Shown: positions 53,780 through 61,724 of the stretch, piece by piece
Layout of the letters: each line of letters opens with the position of its first letter
Position numbering within the stretch: the stretch's first letter is position 1
Source: a bacterium
Lineage (GTDB): Bacteria > Chloroflexota > Dormibacteria > Aeolococcales > Bog-877
Assembly: GCA_021802045.1 (NCBI GenBank)
Contig: JAKABB010000005.1
Span: 1 to 61,724, forward strand
Direction of reading: 5' to 3'
DNA: 61,724 bases
Made by a program: the position numbers and the translations under genes
The notes under the pieces: generated by a model
What the model was told of the DNA's origin: nothing
What the model saw: only the letters and a program-made list of their open reading frames with translations
Database searches by the model: none

Positions 53780-54323
53780 GGGCCGACGCGTCCCGCGTGT
53801 CCTGGCGGCACTCCCGGCGGAGGCGTTGGTGCAGGGTCGCGGTGGCCTGGACCACGAGCAGCCGGGCCGCCTCTTCACTGGTGTCCAGGATGGCGGCGAT
53901 CGCCGCCATCCTGAGGCCCGCGCCGAACTTCAGGGTCAGGGCGACGCGCGGTTGGTCAGGCAGTGACTCGACGAGGATCCGGATGTCGCTGGCGCCAATC
54001 CGCTGAGTCCCCTCGCCCCCTTCGGTGGGGAGGGCGCCGACCAGCTCGGGCGCGTCGTCCCACCCGCTCTCGGCCCGTCCCCAGGACCGGCTGTGGTCGG
54101 CGATCGTCTGGACCGCGATCCGGTAGAGCCGGACCGAGGGGGACTGGTCCACACGACGGTCACGCCCCATTGACCGCAGGGCCGTGAAGAAGACCTCGCC
54201 AGTGAGGTCCTGGGCCAGCTGCTGGTTGCCGACCCTGAGGGCAATGTATCGGTGTATCTGCGGGAAGTACTGGTCATAGAGTTCGCCAAACCTCTTCGGA
54301 CTCCGGCTGGCTCTCGCGATCAG
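53772..54323 (-). CDS. Divergent ECF sigma-70 factor
   Basis: Frame continues upstream of the track ORF: FGELYDQYFPQIHRYI..AQDLTGEVFFTAL (region 2) and LPDQPRVALTLKF (region 4); only a CTG start available, preceded by GGAGG. Confidence 0.75.
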   Translation of the reverse strand: MIARASRSPKRFGELYDQYFPQIHRYIALRVGNQQLAQDLTGEVFFTALRSMGRDRRVDQSPSVRLYRIAVQTIADHSRSWGRAESGWDDAPELVGALPTEGGEGTQRIGASDIRILVESLPDQPRVALTLKFGAGLRMAAIAAILDTSEEAARLLVVQATATLHQRLRRECRQDTRDASAHG

Positions 54324-54452
54324 AGCGCCCTCCCCGTGGTCGGTGGAGCGGGTGACTGCGGGTCAGCCGCGGCGGCGCGTCGACGGTTGGGGGTCGGACC
54401 CGGGGAGTGTGAGGGGATGGCTCGCGCCATCCCCTCACGGCCGCGAGCGCGG

Positions 54453-54725
54453 TCAGGCGCCAGCGGGCGATGAGGCCGTGGACTCGGCGCCGTCCGGCCC
54501 GCCCTGCTGCAGGTTGGCGCCGCTCTGCAGGTTGGCGCCGCTCTGCAGGTTGGCGCCGCCCGCCACCGTGGCGCCGGTGCTCAAGGTGCCCGTAGTCACA
54601 GTGACCGCGGGCGGCACGCGGGTCGTCGCCGATACCGGGATCACTCCACCACCGAAGGCGACTAGTCCGCCACCCGTGGCCAGCGCGCCAAGGCCGGTGA
54701 GCATTCTCTTTCGCAGGTCCATCAT
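54453..54725 (-). CDS. Small secreted protein (90 aa) with GANLQS repeats
   Basis: AGGAG RBS, RKR plus hydrophobic signal peptide, in-frame tandem repeats. Confidence 0.75.
   Translation of the reverse strand: MMDLRKRMLTGLGALATGGGLVAFGGGVIPVSATTRVPPAVTVTTGTLSTGATVAGGANLQSGANLQSGANLQQGGPDGAESTASSPAGA
54507..54559. repeat. 18-bp tandem repeat, three copies
   Basis: CTGCAGGTTGGCGCCGCT at 54507, 54525, 54543 (last base differs in the third). Confidence 0.95.
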
Positions 54726-54771
54726 GGTCGTTCTCCTGTTGTCTGGACCCCTACGCGGGATCCTGGAGTGC

Positions 54772-54803
54772 AAGCTAGCCGGCGCAAGTGAACCTCAGAT
54801 GAA
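54772..54803 (-). promoter_or_regulatory. Candidate response-regulator box before the small secreted protein
   Basis: Minus strand TTCAT-CTGAGG-TTCAC, 10 nt, TAGCTT. Confidence 0.65.
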
Positions 54804-54854
54804 GCACGGCAACGCCCCTTGGCGCGGCAGGGCTGTCACGGGCGGTGGGCCCGA

Positions 54855-56279
54855 CTAGCTCCCGGGCGCCGCGCGGGCTTGAGAGGGAGCGGCGCTCGGC
54901 GTGGTCGGAAGATGGACCACGAAGCGGGCACCGCGCGCTGAGGCCGCGAGCGCGATCCCGCCGCCGTGGGCGACGGCGATGGCGTGGCACAGGGAGAGGC
55001 CCAGACCAGCACCACCCTTGTGCGGCGTGCGAGCCGGATCGGCCCGTGCGAACCGCTCGAAGAGGTGGGGCCTGAGGGCGGGATCGACTCCGGGACCGGT
55101 GTCGTCGACCGTCAGGGTCCACCACGGTCCCTCCAGGGCCGACACGACCACGACGTGCCCACCGGATGGTGTGTGGCGCAGCGCGTTGTCGACGAGATTG
55201 TCGAGGCACCGGCGGAGGAGGTCGCGATCTCCCAGCATCACGCCCCCGGGACTCACATGCGCTCCCAGGTGGACGCCGTGCTGGGTGGCCAGGGGCTGCC
55301 AGCGGCTGACAACCTCCTCCACGAAGGCCCCGGGTTCGACGGGGAGCCGTTGCACGACCAGCGAGCCCGCGTCGGCGCGAGCGAGGAGCAGCAACTGCTC
55401 CGTCATCCGGCTGAGGTGCTCGATCTCTCCCAGCACCACCCGGTGGCTGGCACGGTAGTCCTCCGGGGTGCGATCGTGGCGCAGGGTGACCTCCAGCTGG
55501 GTGCGCATCAGCGTGAGCGGGGCGCGGAGTTCGTGCGCCGCGTCGGCGGTGAAGCGACGCAGCCCATCGAAGGCCGTCTCCAGTCGGGCCAGCATGGCGT
55601 CGAAGGTGGCCCCCAACTCACCCAGCTCGTCGCCGGGCGGCAGCTCCAGGCGGAGTCGTCGTCCCAGGTCGTGCTCGCTGATGTCCCGCGCGGTGGCCGC
55701 CATCACCCGCACCGGCCGGAGGGCGCGACCAGCCACCCAGTAGCCGAGCACGGCGTTGGAGACGATCAGCCCGACCACGATGGTGACCAGCAGGATCGCA
55801 GTCGTGGCGAGGGTCTGCTGGAGCTGGCCGATCGGCTGGGCCAGGACCAGCAGCGCCTGACCGCCCGCGACCGGCAGCACGAGGACCCGGTCAGAGCGGC
55901 CGGCCACGGGCAGGTTGAACGGAGTGCCCGGGGGCGGACCGGCGCGAGTCGCTCTGACCAGTGCGCTCGAGCCGGCTCCGTTGCCCGATTGGTCGATGAT
56001 CTTCCCCACGCGGCTCACCAGGAGCGCCGCGATGGCAATCCCGCGCTTGGTCTCGCCCGGCAGGGGGGTGTCACCGCGGAAGTTGACCTGCCCGTTGCCG
56101 ACATTGAGCCCGCCGGAGATCAGGCGGGCTTGCGCGGCGAGCCCGCTGTCCACGGCGGCGTACTCGAAGTGTGCAAAGGCCAGCCAGAAGGCCACCCCAG
56201 CCAGCCCAGCCATGGCCGCGAAGGCCGTGACGTAGGTGAGGGTTAGGCGGACGCGGGTGCGACGGAGCCGGTGACGCAC
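54855..56279 (-). CDS. Sensor histidine kinase (HAMP-HisKA-HATPase)
   Basis: Two TM helices, FTADAAHELRAPL, NLVDNALRH, DTGPG, FERF, GAGLGL. Confidence 0.96.
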   Translation of the reverse strand: MRHRLRRTRVRLTLTYVTAFAAMAGLAGVAFWLAFAHFEYAAVDSGLAAQARLISGGLNVGNGQVNFRGDTPLPGETKRGIAIAALLVSRVGKIIDQSGNGAGSSALVRATRAGPPPGTPFNLPVAGRSDRVLVLPVAGGQALLVLAQPIGQLQQTLATTAILLVTIVVGLIVSNAVLGYWVAGRALRPVRVMAATARDISEHDLGRRLRLELPPGDELGELGATFDAMLARLETAFDGLRRFTADAAHELRAPLTLMRTQLEVTLRHDRTPEDYRASHRVVLGEIEHLSRMTEQLLLLARADAGSLVVQRLPVEPGAFVEEVVSRWQPLATQHGVHLGAHVSPGGVMLGDRDLLRRCLDNLVDNALRHTPSGGHVVVVSALEGPWWTLTVDDTGPGVDPALRPHLFERFARADPARTPHKGGAGLGLSLCHAIAVAHGGGIALAASARGARFVVHLPTTPSAAPSQARAAPGS

Positions 56280-56956
56280 GACGGTTCAGGGTCGAAGCGG
56301 TAGCCCGCCCCGCGCAGGGTCGAGATCGGCTGGTGGCCGCCAGCGGCGACCAGCTTGCGGCGGAGGCGTCCCACGTACACGTCCACGAGATTGGATTGGC
56401 CCTGGAAGTCATAGTTCCAGACGTGCTCCTCGATCTGGGCTCGGCTCAGCACCTGTCGGGGATGGAGCATGAGATGTTCGAGGATGGCCAGCTCCTTGCT
56501 GGTCAGGCGCACAGGGCGGCCGGCCACCGTGAGCTCCCGGGCCGTGGTGTCGAGTTGCAGGAGGCCGGCGGTGAGGACCGCGGAGCGGTTGGCGAGGTGG
56601 CGCCGGGAGAGGGCGCGGAGGCGGGCCAGCAGTTCCTGGAAGGCGAAGGGCTTGGGCAGGTAGTCATCGGCACCGGCCTCCAGGCCCCGAACGCGATCCT
56701 CGACGGCGTCACGGGCAGTCAGCATGAGGACTGGGGCCCCGACCCGTCGGCGCCGGAGTTCGGCGCACAGCGCGAAGCCGTCCTGACGACCCGGAAGCAT
56801 GACGTCCAGGCTGATGACGTCAAAGGTGGTGGTCATGCAGGCCGCGACCGCCGTCTCGGCAGTGGTGACGACGTCGACCGCGCAGCCCTCCTCGGTCAGG
56901 CCTTGCCCCAGGACGGTCGCCAGCCTCAGGTCGTCTTCGACGAGGAGCACGCGCAC
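56243..56956 (-). CDS. OmpR-family response regulator
   Basis: LLVEDD, LDVMLPG, LTARD, GADDYLPKPF, SNLVDVYVGRLRRKL, TLRGAGY. Confidence 0.96.
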   Translation of the reverse strand: MRVLLVEDDLRLATVLGQGLTEEGCAVDVVTTAETAVAACMTTTFDVISLDVMLPGRQDGFALCAELRRRRVGAPVLMLTARDAVEDRVRGLEAGADDYLPKPFAFQELLARLRALSRRHLANRSAVLTAGLLQLDTTARELTVAGRPVRLTSKELAILEHLMLHPRQVLSRAQIEEHVWNYDFQGQSNLVDVYVGRLRRKLVAAGGHQPISTLRGAGYRFDPEPSCVTGSVAPASA

Positions 56957-56962
56957 GGCGGC

Positions 56963-56994
56963 ATTCTCCCACCCATTCATGACCCCTTCATGAA
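56963..56994 (-). promoter_or_regulatory. Candidate autoregulatory box of the response regulator
   Basis: Minus strand TTCAT-GAAGGG-GTCAT, 10 nt, GAGAAT, 6 nt, GTG start. Confidence 0.6.
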
Positions 56995-58269
56995 TGGGTG
57001 GGGTGGCCGGTGGCGGGGAGGGACGGTCATGGCAGTGAGCGCGCCGCGCCCGTCCGTCGCGAACCCGCACCGTCAGCCCGGGGGACCTGCCAGAACATCT
57101 CGAGGCCATGGTGAGGCGGCTGCGCCCTGCCGGGTCCCGGTGCAGGGTCCCCGTCACCGGACGAGGTCGGCGACTGCCCAACCGCCCGGCACCCGGCGGC
57201 TGCGCGCCATGCGAGCCAGTCAGGTGGCGTGACGTCCGTCCCGGCTCACCTCGCGGCCGATGATGGACCGTTGGTGACCTCCTGAGCAATCATGGTGCCA
57301 CCGACTTGGCGACCGCGACCGCCGGGGGCCTGGCGACCTCCGTGCCGTTCGTCCACGATCCCGTGGTCGGCGCCCAGGGGACGATCCTGAGGCGCCGCAT
57401 GCACCAGCACCAACGGTGGCCCGGCCCGGCGCCTGGCGGCGCGCCGGTCATCGTTCGCGGGCCCGCCCCGCACGGCACACCGTCCTGACACGCCGGTCAG
57501 GCCGCGCCCGGTCGGGTCGTCCCCGCGGGGCGGGGCAGCACGGCCCACGTTCACGGACCGCTGGTCGTGCATGACGGGCCGGCCCGGGTCGCGGCGCCGG
57601 GGCGCCGGTCCACCGGGTGTCACGCACCGCGCCAGGCCATGGTCGGTGGACGACGCGCCGCCGGTGATCAGGTCCGGGCGGCCGGGCACGGCCGTCGGCA
57701 CCGGGGGCCAGTGCGGATGCGTCAGCGTGGCTTCCGGTGTGCGGTGCTCTCGGCCTGGCCAGTGACAGGCGCGGCGCGTGGGGACGTGGCGCACCGGTCA
57801 TGGTCCGGCGCCGGCTCTTCCCGGTCCGGGAGCGGCAACGCGGGCCCCGTCAGCACCGATCCGGGCCTGGCAACCAGGTCCCACCAGCTCCGGCGTCGCG
57901 ACGGCCGCCCCGTCGCCGCCGGTGGGCGCTGGACCCCGGATCTGGCGAGCGGGGGGGTGGCGGGGCCGGCGACGCGGTCCGAGCGGCGCTGGGGCGGTCG
58001 TCGGCCTGGAGGCTGGGGGGAGCGGGCAGCGCGGGCCAGGGCCCCACGAGGTCAGGGCCCCCACAACGACCAACCGCCGCTCCGGGGAACCCGGAACGGC
58101 GGCGGTCCGCCGGCTTGGGGACCGGCGGCGCGGGGAGAGGAGGATGCGCCGGGCGGGTCATGTAATGGGAGGGCCATGCCCGCCGCGCACCAGCAGGCTA
58201 TAGCCGCCCCGCGCCGGCGGCCACAGCCGTTACAGGATCGTGGCAGGGCGTGGGGCGCCCAGCCGCCGG

Positions 58270-59196
58270 TCAGGCCGTGCCGGCGACCGCCGGGGGATTG
58301 GAGGCCGGGGCCTGGCGCTGCTGCACCACGGTGGCCACCCCGAGGAGGATCAGGGCCCCGCCGGCCAGGGTGGCGGCGGACGGCCGCTCGCCCCGGATCA
58401 GCACCGCCAGGGCGGTGCCCACCAGGGGCTGGATGAAGAGCAGCGGCGCCAGCCGGCCGGGCATCACCCGGCGCAGGCCGTAGAACCAGCCCCAGTAGCA
58501 CACGGCGGTGCTGATCACCCCGAGGTAGGCGGCCCCGACCCAGCCGCCGAGGCCGAGCCCGGGCCAGTGGTCGGCGGCCAGGGCCGCCAGCCCGGCCGGC
58601 CACCACACCAGCAGGCTGCCAGCCACCGCGGCCGCGGTCAGGAGCAGGGGCGGGTAGCGCTGCACCATCGAGGCGCCGACCAGGGTGAAGACGGCCTCGA
58701 TGCCCAGGGCGGCGACCACCAGGAGGTTGCCCAGGGCGACGGGGCCGGTGGCCCCCTGGGGCCATCCCAGCCCGCCGGCGACCACCAGGTCGACGCCGAC
58801 GGCCCCCGCCAGCAGGCCCAGGACCTCGAGGCGACGCAGGCGCTCGCCCAGGATCAGCACGCTCAGCAGCACCGTGGCCAGGGCCTCGGCGGCGATCAGG
58901 AGCGCGGTGTCGGTGGCCGTGGTCAGGCTGAGGCCCCAGTACTCCAGGGTCTTGTTGGCGACAAAGCCGATGGCGCACATGGCGACCAGGCGCCAGCGGT
59001 CGCCCCGGCCCCGCGGCAGGGCCCGCCGCTGGCGCCACAGCACCGGCGCCAACACCACGGTGGCGATGCTGAAGCGCAGCATGTTCAGGCTGGCGAAGGG
59101 CCAGGTGGCCAGCACCGCCTTGCCGGCCACGTAGGACCCGGCCCACAGGACGTTGCTGCCGGCCAGGACCAGGAGCGCGCGGTTCCGTCCCCCCAA
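58270..59196 (-). CDS. EamA/DMT family transporter
   Basis: LWAGSYVAGK, LILGERL, QPLVG..GERP; about 10 TM segments. Confidence 0.88.
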   Translation of the reverse strand: MGGRNRALLVLAGSNVLWAGSYVAGKAVLATWPFASLNMLRFSIATVVLAPVLWRQRRALPRGRGDRWRLVAMCAIGFVANKTLEYWGLSLTTATDTALLIAAEALATVLLSVLILGERLRRLEVLGLLAGAVGVDLVVAGGLGWPQGATGPVALGNLLVVAALGIEAVFTLVGASMVQRYPPLLLTAAAVAGSLLVWWPAGLAALAADHWPGLGLGGWVGAAYLGVISTAVCYWGWFYGLRRVMPGRLAPLLFIQPLVGTALAVLIRGERPSAATLAGGALILLGVATVVQQRQAPASNPPAVAGTA

Positions 59197-59226
59197 CGGA
59201 CCCGCCGTCAGACGGGCGGCGGGCCG

Positions 59227-61179
59227 TCAGCCAACCGCGCGCTCCCCGGCCGGCGGGCGCGCCCGCCCGGGCTGGGCGGAGGCGTCGAGGGCGGCGCGGG
59301 CCGCGTCCCGGACCCCCTCCGCGGTGAGGCCGGCGTCGGCCAGCACCTCGGCCTGGCTGCCGTGCGGCAGGAAGCGGTCCGGCAGGGCCACGTGCCGCAC
59401 CGGCCGCAGCACGCCGGCCTCGGCCAGGGCCTCGCTGACGGCCGCGCCCAGACCGCCGCGGACGGTGTTGTCCTCCACCGTCACCAGCGCCCGGTGCCGG
59501 CGGGCCATCGCCGGCAGGTCGGGGTCCAGCGGCTTGATGAAACGGGCGTTGACCACCGTGGCCCGCACCCCGTCGCGGGCCAGCAGCTCGGCGGCGTTGT
59601 CGGCCACCGCCACCATCTTGCCGGCGGCGCAGAGCAGGACGTCGGTGCCGTCCTCGCGCACCACCTCCCACCGCCCGATGGGCAGCGGGCGGAGGTCGAC
59701 GACCGACTCCGCAACCGGCCCCTTGGGGTAGCGCAGGGCGAAGGGGCCGGGATGGGCGGTGGCGGTGGCCAGCAGGCGCCCCAGCTCGGCCGCGTCGCGG
59801 GGGGTGGCCAGGACCAGGTTGGGGATCGCCCGCAGGTAGGTGAGGTCGAACATCCCGTGGTGGGAGCTGCCGTCGTCCCCGGTCACCCCGGCGCGGTCCA
59901 GGACCAGCGTGACCGGCAGGTTGTGCAGGGCCACGTCGAGGCAGACCTGGTCGAAGGCCCGCTGCAGGAAGGTGGAGTAGATGCAGACCACGGGGTGGAG
60001 CCCGCCCAGCGCCAGCCCGGCGGCGAAGGTCACCGCGTGCTGCTCGGCGATGCCGACGTCGTAGAACCGGTCGGGATGGAGCCGGGCGAAGTCCAGCAGG
60101 CCGGCGGACGAGGCCATGGCCGCGGTGATCGCCACCAGGGTGGGGTCGGTCTCGGCCAGGGCGCACAGGCACTCGCCGAAGACGTCGGTGTACGAGAGCT
60201 TGCGGGCCACCGGGCGGGTGGGGACGGCCGCCACCGGGGCCGCCGAGACGGAGTGCAGCTTGTCGATCTCGTCGTCCTCGGCCGGGCCGTACCCCCGGCC
60301 CTTCTCGGTGGTGACGTGGACCAGGACCGGGCCGGTCAGGCGGCGGGCCAGCTCCAGGGCCCGCTCCACCGCCACCTGGTCGTGGCCGTCGATGGGGCCG
60401 GAGTACTTGATGCCCAGGTCCTCGAAGACGACCTGGGGCGCCAGCAGCTGCTTCATGCCGGTCTTGAGGCGGCGGGCCACCTCGTGGGCGGGCTCGCCGA
60501 CGCGGGGCAGGCCGGACAGGAAGTCGCCGATCCCGGCCTTGGCGGCCTCGTAGCGGGGGTCCAGCCGGAGCCGGGCCAGGTGGTTGGCCAGCCCGCCCAC
60601 GGTGGGGGCGTAGGAGCGGCCGTTGTCGTTGAGGACGATGACCAGGTCGGGCCGCAGGGCCCCGATGTTGTTCAGCGCCTCGTAGGCCATCCCCCCGGTG
60701 AGGGCCCCGTCGCCGATGACCGCCACCACCCGGCCGGGATGCCCCTGCCGGCGGCGGGCCTGGACCAGGCCCAGGGCGTAGCTGAGCGAGGTGGACGCGT
60801 GGCTGTTCTCGATCCAGTCGTGGGGCGACTCGGATCGCCGCGGGTAGCCGGAGAGCCCTCCGGCCTGGCGCAGGCTGGGGAACTGGGTCCGGCGCGCGGT
60901 CAGCAGCTTGTGGACGTAGGCCTGATGGCCGGTGTCGAAGATGATCGCGTCGGTGGGGCTGTCGAAGACCCGGTGCAGGGCCAGGGTGAGCTCGACCACC
61001 CCGAGGTTGGGGCCGAGGTGGCCCCCGGTCTGGGTGACCGTCTCGATGAGGAACTGGCGGATCTCCCCGGCGAGGTCGCGGCACTCCGCGGGCGAGAGCG
61101 CCCGGCAGGCCGCCGGCCCGTCGATGCTTTCCAGCAGGGGCCAGGACCCGCCGGGAGGGGGGGCGATGGCGTCCGACAC
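59227..61179 (-). CDS. dxs: 1-deoxy-D-xylulose-5-phosphate synthase
   Basis: GGHLGPNLG, DTGHQAYVHK, GDGALTGG..LNDN, DVGIAEQHAV, DRAG. Confidence 0.97.
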   Translation of the reverse strand: MSDAIAPPPGGSWPLLESIDGPAACRALSPAECRDLAGEIRQFLIETVTQTGGHLGPNLGVVELTLALHRVFDSPTDAIIFDTGHQAYVHKLLTARRTQFPSLRQAGGLSGYPRRSESPHDWIENSHASTSLSYALGLVQARRRQGHPGRVVAVIGDGALTGGMAYEALNNIGALRPDLVIVLNDNGRSYAPTVGGLANHLARLRLDPRYEAAKAGIGDFLSGLPRVGEPAHEVARRLKTGMKQLLAPQVVFEDLGIKYSGPIDGHDQVAVERALELARRLTGPVLVHVTTEKGRGYGPAEDDEIDKLHSVSAAPVAAVPTRPVARKLSYTDVFGECLCALAETDPTLVAITAAMASSAGLLDFARLHPDRFYDVGIAEQHAVTFAAGLALGGLHPVVCIYSTFLQRAFDQVCLDVALHNLPVTLVLDRAGVTGDDGSSHHGMFDLTYLRAIPNLVLATPRDAAELGRLLATATAHPGPFALRYPKGPVAESVVDLRPLPIGRWEVVREDGTDVLLCAAGKMVAVADNAAELLARDGVRATVVNARFIKPLDPDLPAMARRHRALVTVEDNTVRGGLGAAVSEALAEAGVLRPVRHVALPDRFLPHGSQAEVLADAGLTAEGVRDAARAALDASAQPGRARPPAGERAVG

Positions 61180-61233
61180 CGGGCGATTATAGGCGGGGTC
61201 GAGATCCGGCCCCGGTCCGACGATGGCTCTTGC

Positions 61234-61724
61234 TCAGCCCAGCAGGGCCCGCATGGCCCGCGGCTGGAGCACGCAGAGCCGGGCCCCGGCCTCCCGATAG
61301 GCGTCCAGCCGGAGCCGGCATTGGCGCCGCGACCCCTCGATCACCAGAGCCTCCCAGGCGGGCCCCGCCTCCAGGGCCGCGGCCAGCTCGCCGGGCTGGT
61401 CCGCCTCCAGCCGCGCCAGCAGGGCCAGGCGCTCCGGTCCGGGCAGCCCGGCGTGGGCGAGCACCGTCCGCCCGGCCCCCTCCGTCCGCAGGCTGCCCAG
61501 CAGCGAGCGGCGGGCGCTGGCCCGGACCGCGGCGGTGTCCGGGCGGTCGTGGACCACCACCAGGCACCAGACCGCGACGTCGACGCGGGCCGGGTCCCGG
61601 CCGGCGTCGCGAGCGCCGGCGGCGACCTCGGCTGCCGCCCAGCGCACGAAGGCGGGCGAGGTGCCCAGGTTGAGCAGCACCCCGTCGGCCAGGGCGCCCG
61701 CCAGGCGCAGGCCGCGCGGGCCGC
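61234..61724 (-). CDS. LLM-class flavin-dependent oxidoreductase, C-terminal part
   Basis: GPRGLRLAGALADGVLLN, GARDAGRDP, YREAGA; frame open to window edge. Confidence 0.75.
   Translation of the reverse strand, partial: GPRGLRLAGALADGVLLNLGTSPAFVRWAAAEVAAGARDAGRDPARVDVAVWCLVVVHDRPDTAAVRASARRSLLGSLRTEGAGRTVLAHAGLPGPERLALLARLEADQPGELAAALEAGPAWEALVIEGSRRQCRLRLDAYREAGARLCVLQPRAMRALLG

Noticed and set aside
54507-54559. Tandem repeat as possible CRISPR array
   Set aside because: Contiguous 18-bp units without spacers, in frame within a CDS, no cas genes; no CRISPR array seen in the window
58052-61084. 1010-aa ORF in an alternative frame of dxs
   Set aside because: Low-complexity Arg/Pro/Gly translation typical of off-frame GC-rich sequence

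Overview
Very GC-rich bacterial chromosomal window. Gene content and order (holB-ricT/PSP1 synteny, gltX between tRNA-Glu and tRNA-Gln, many apparently leaderless genes) suggest a terrabacterial soil organism such as Ca. Dormibacterota or Chloroflexota rather than a classical actinomycete; this is inference only. Core genes: gltX, purEK, holB, ricT, ferredoxin, glnA, gltBD, amt, dxs, two tRNAs and a probable 6S RNA. Accessory blocks: (1) 2-9.5 kb, an XRE-cupin regulated cluster pairing an alpha-methylserine-aldolase-like and a 2,2-dialkylglycine-decarboxylase-like PLP enzyme with transporters; (2) 9.7-14.4 kb, a decayed mobile region beside tRNA-Gln (hicBA split by an IS5-family element, FtsK-like pseudogene, IS701-like element with an internal promoter and hairpin); (3) 19.7-21.7 kb, ECF sigma plus Rieske-domain putative anti-sigma and a divergent lipoprotein; (4) 23-28.6 kb, an ArsR-ino1-acyltransferase x2-pimA-pgsA operon resembling phosphatidylinositol mannoside synthesis; (5) 48.7-57 kb, the best candidate for an undescribed system: an OmpR/HK pair, a small secreted GANLQS-repeat protein, an ECF sigma, two membrane glycosyltransferases and an orphan variant MurE, with the same TTCAT-N6-(T/G)TCA(C/T) box at the same spacing before all three transcription units. 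All family calls come from motif recognition by eye; no searches were run.
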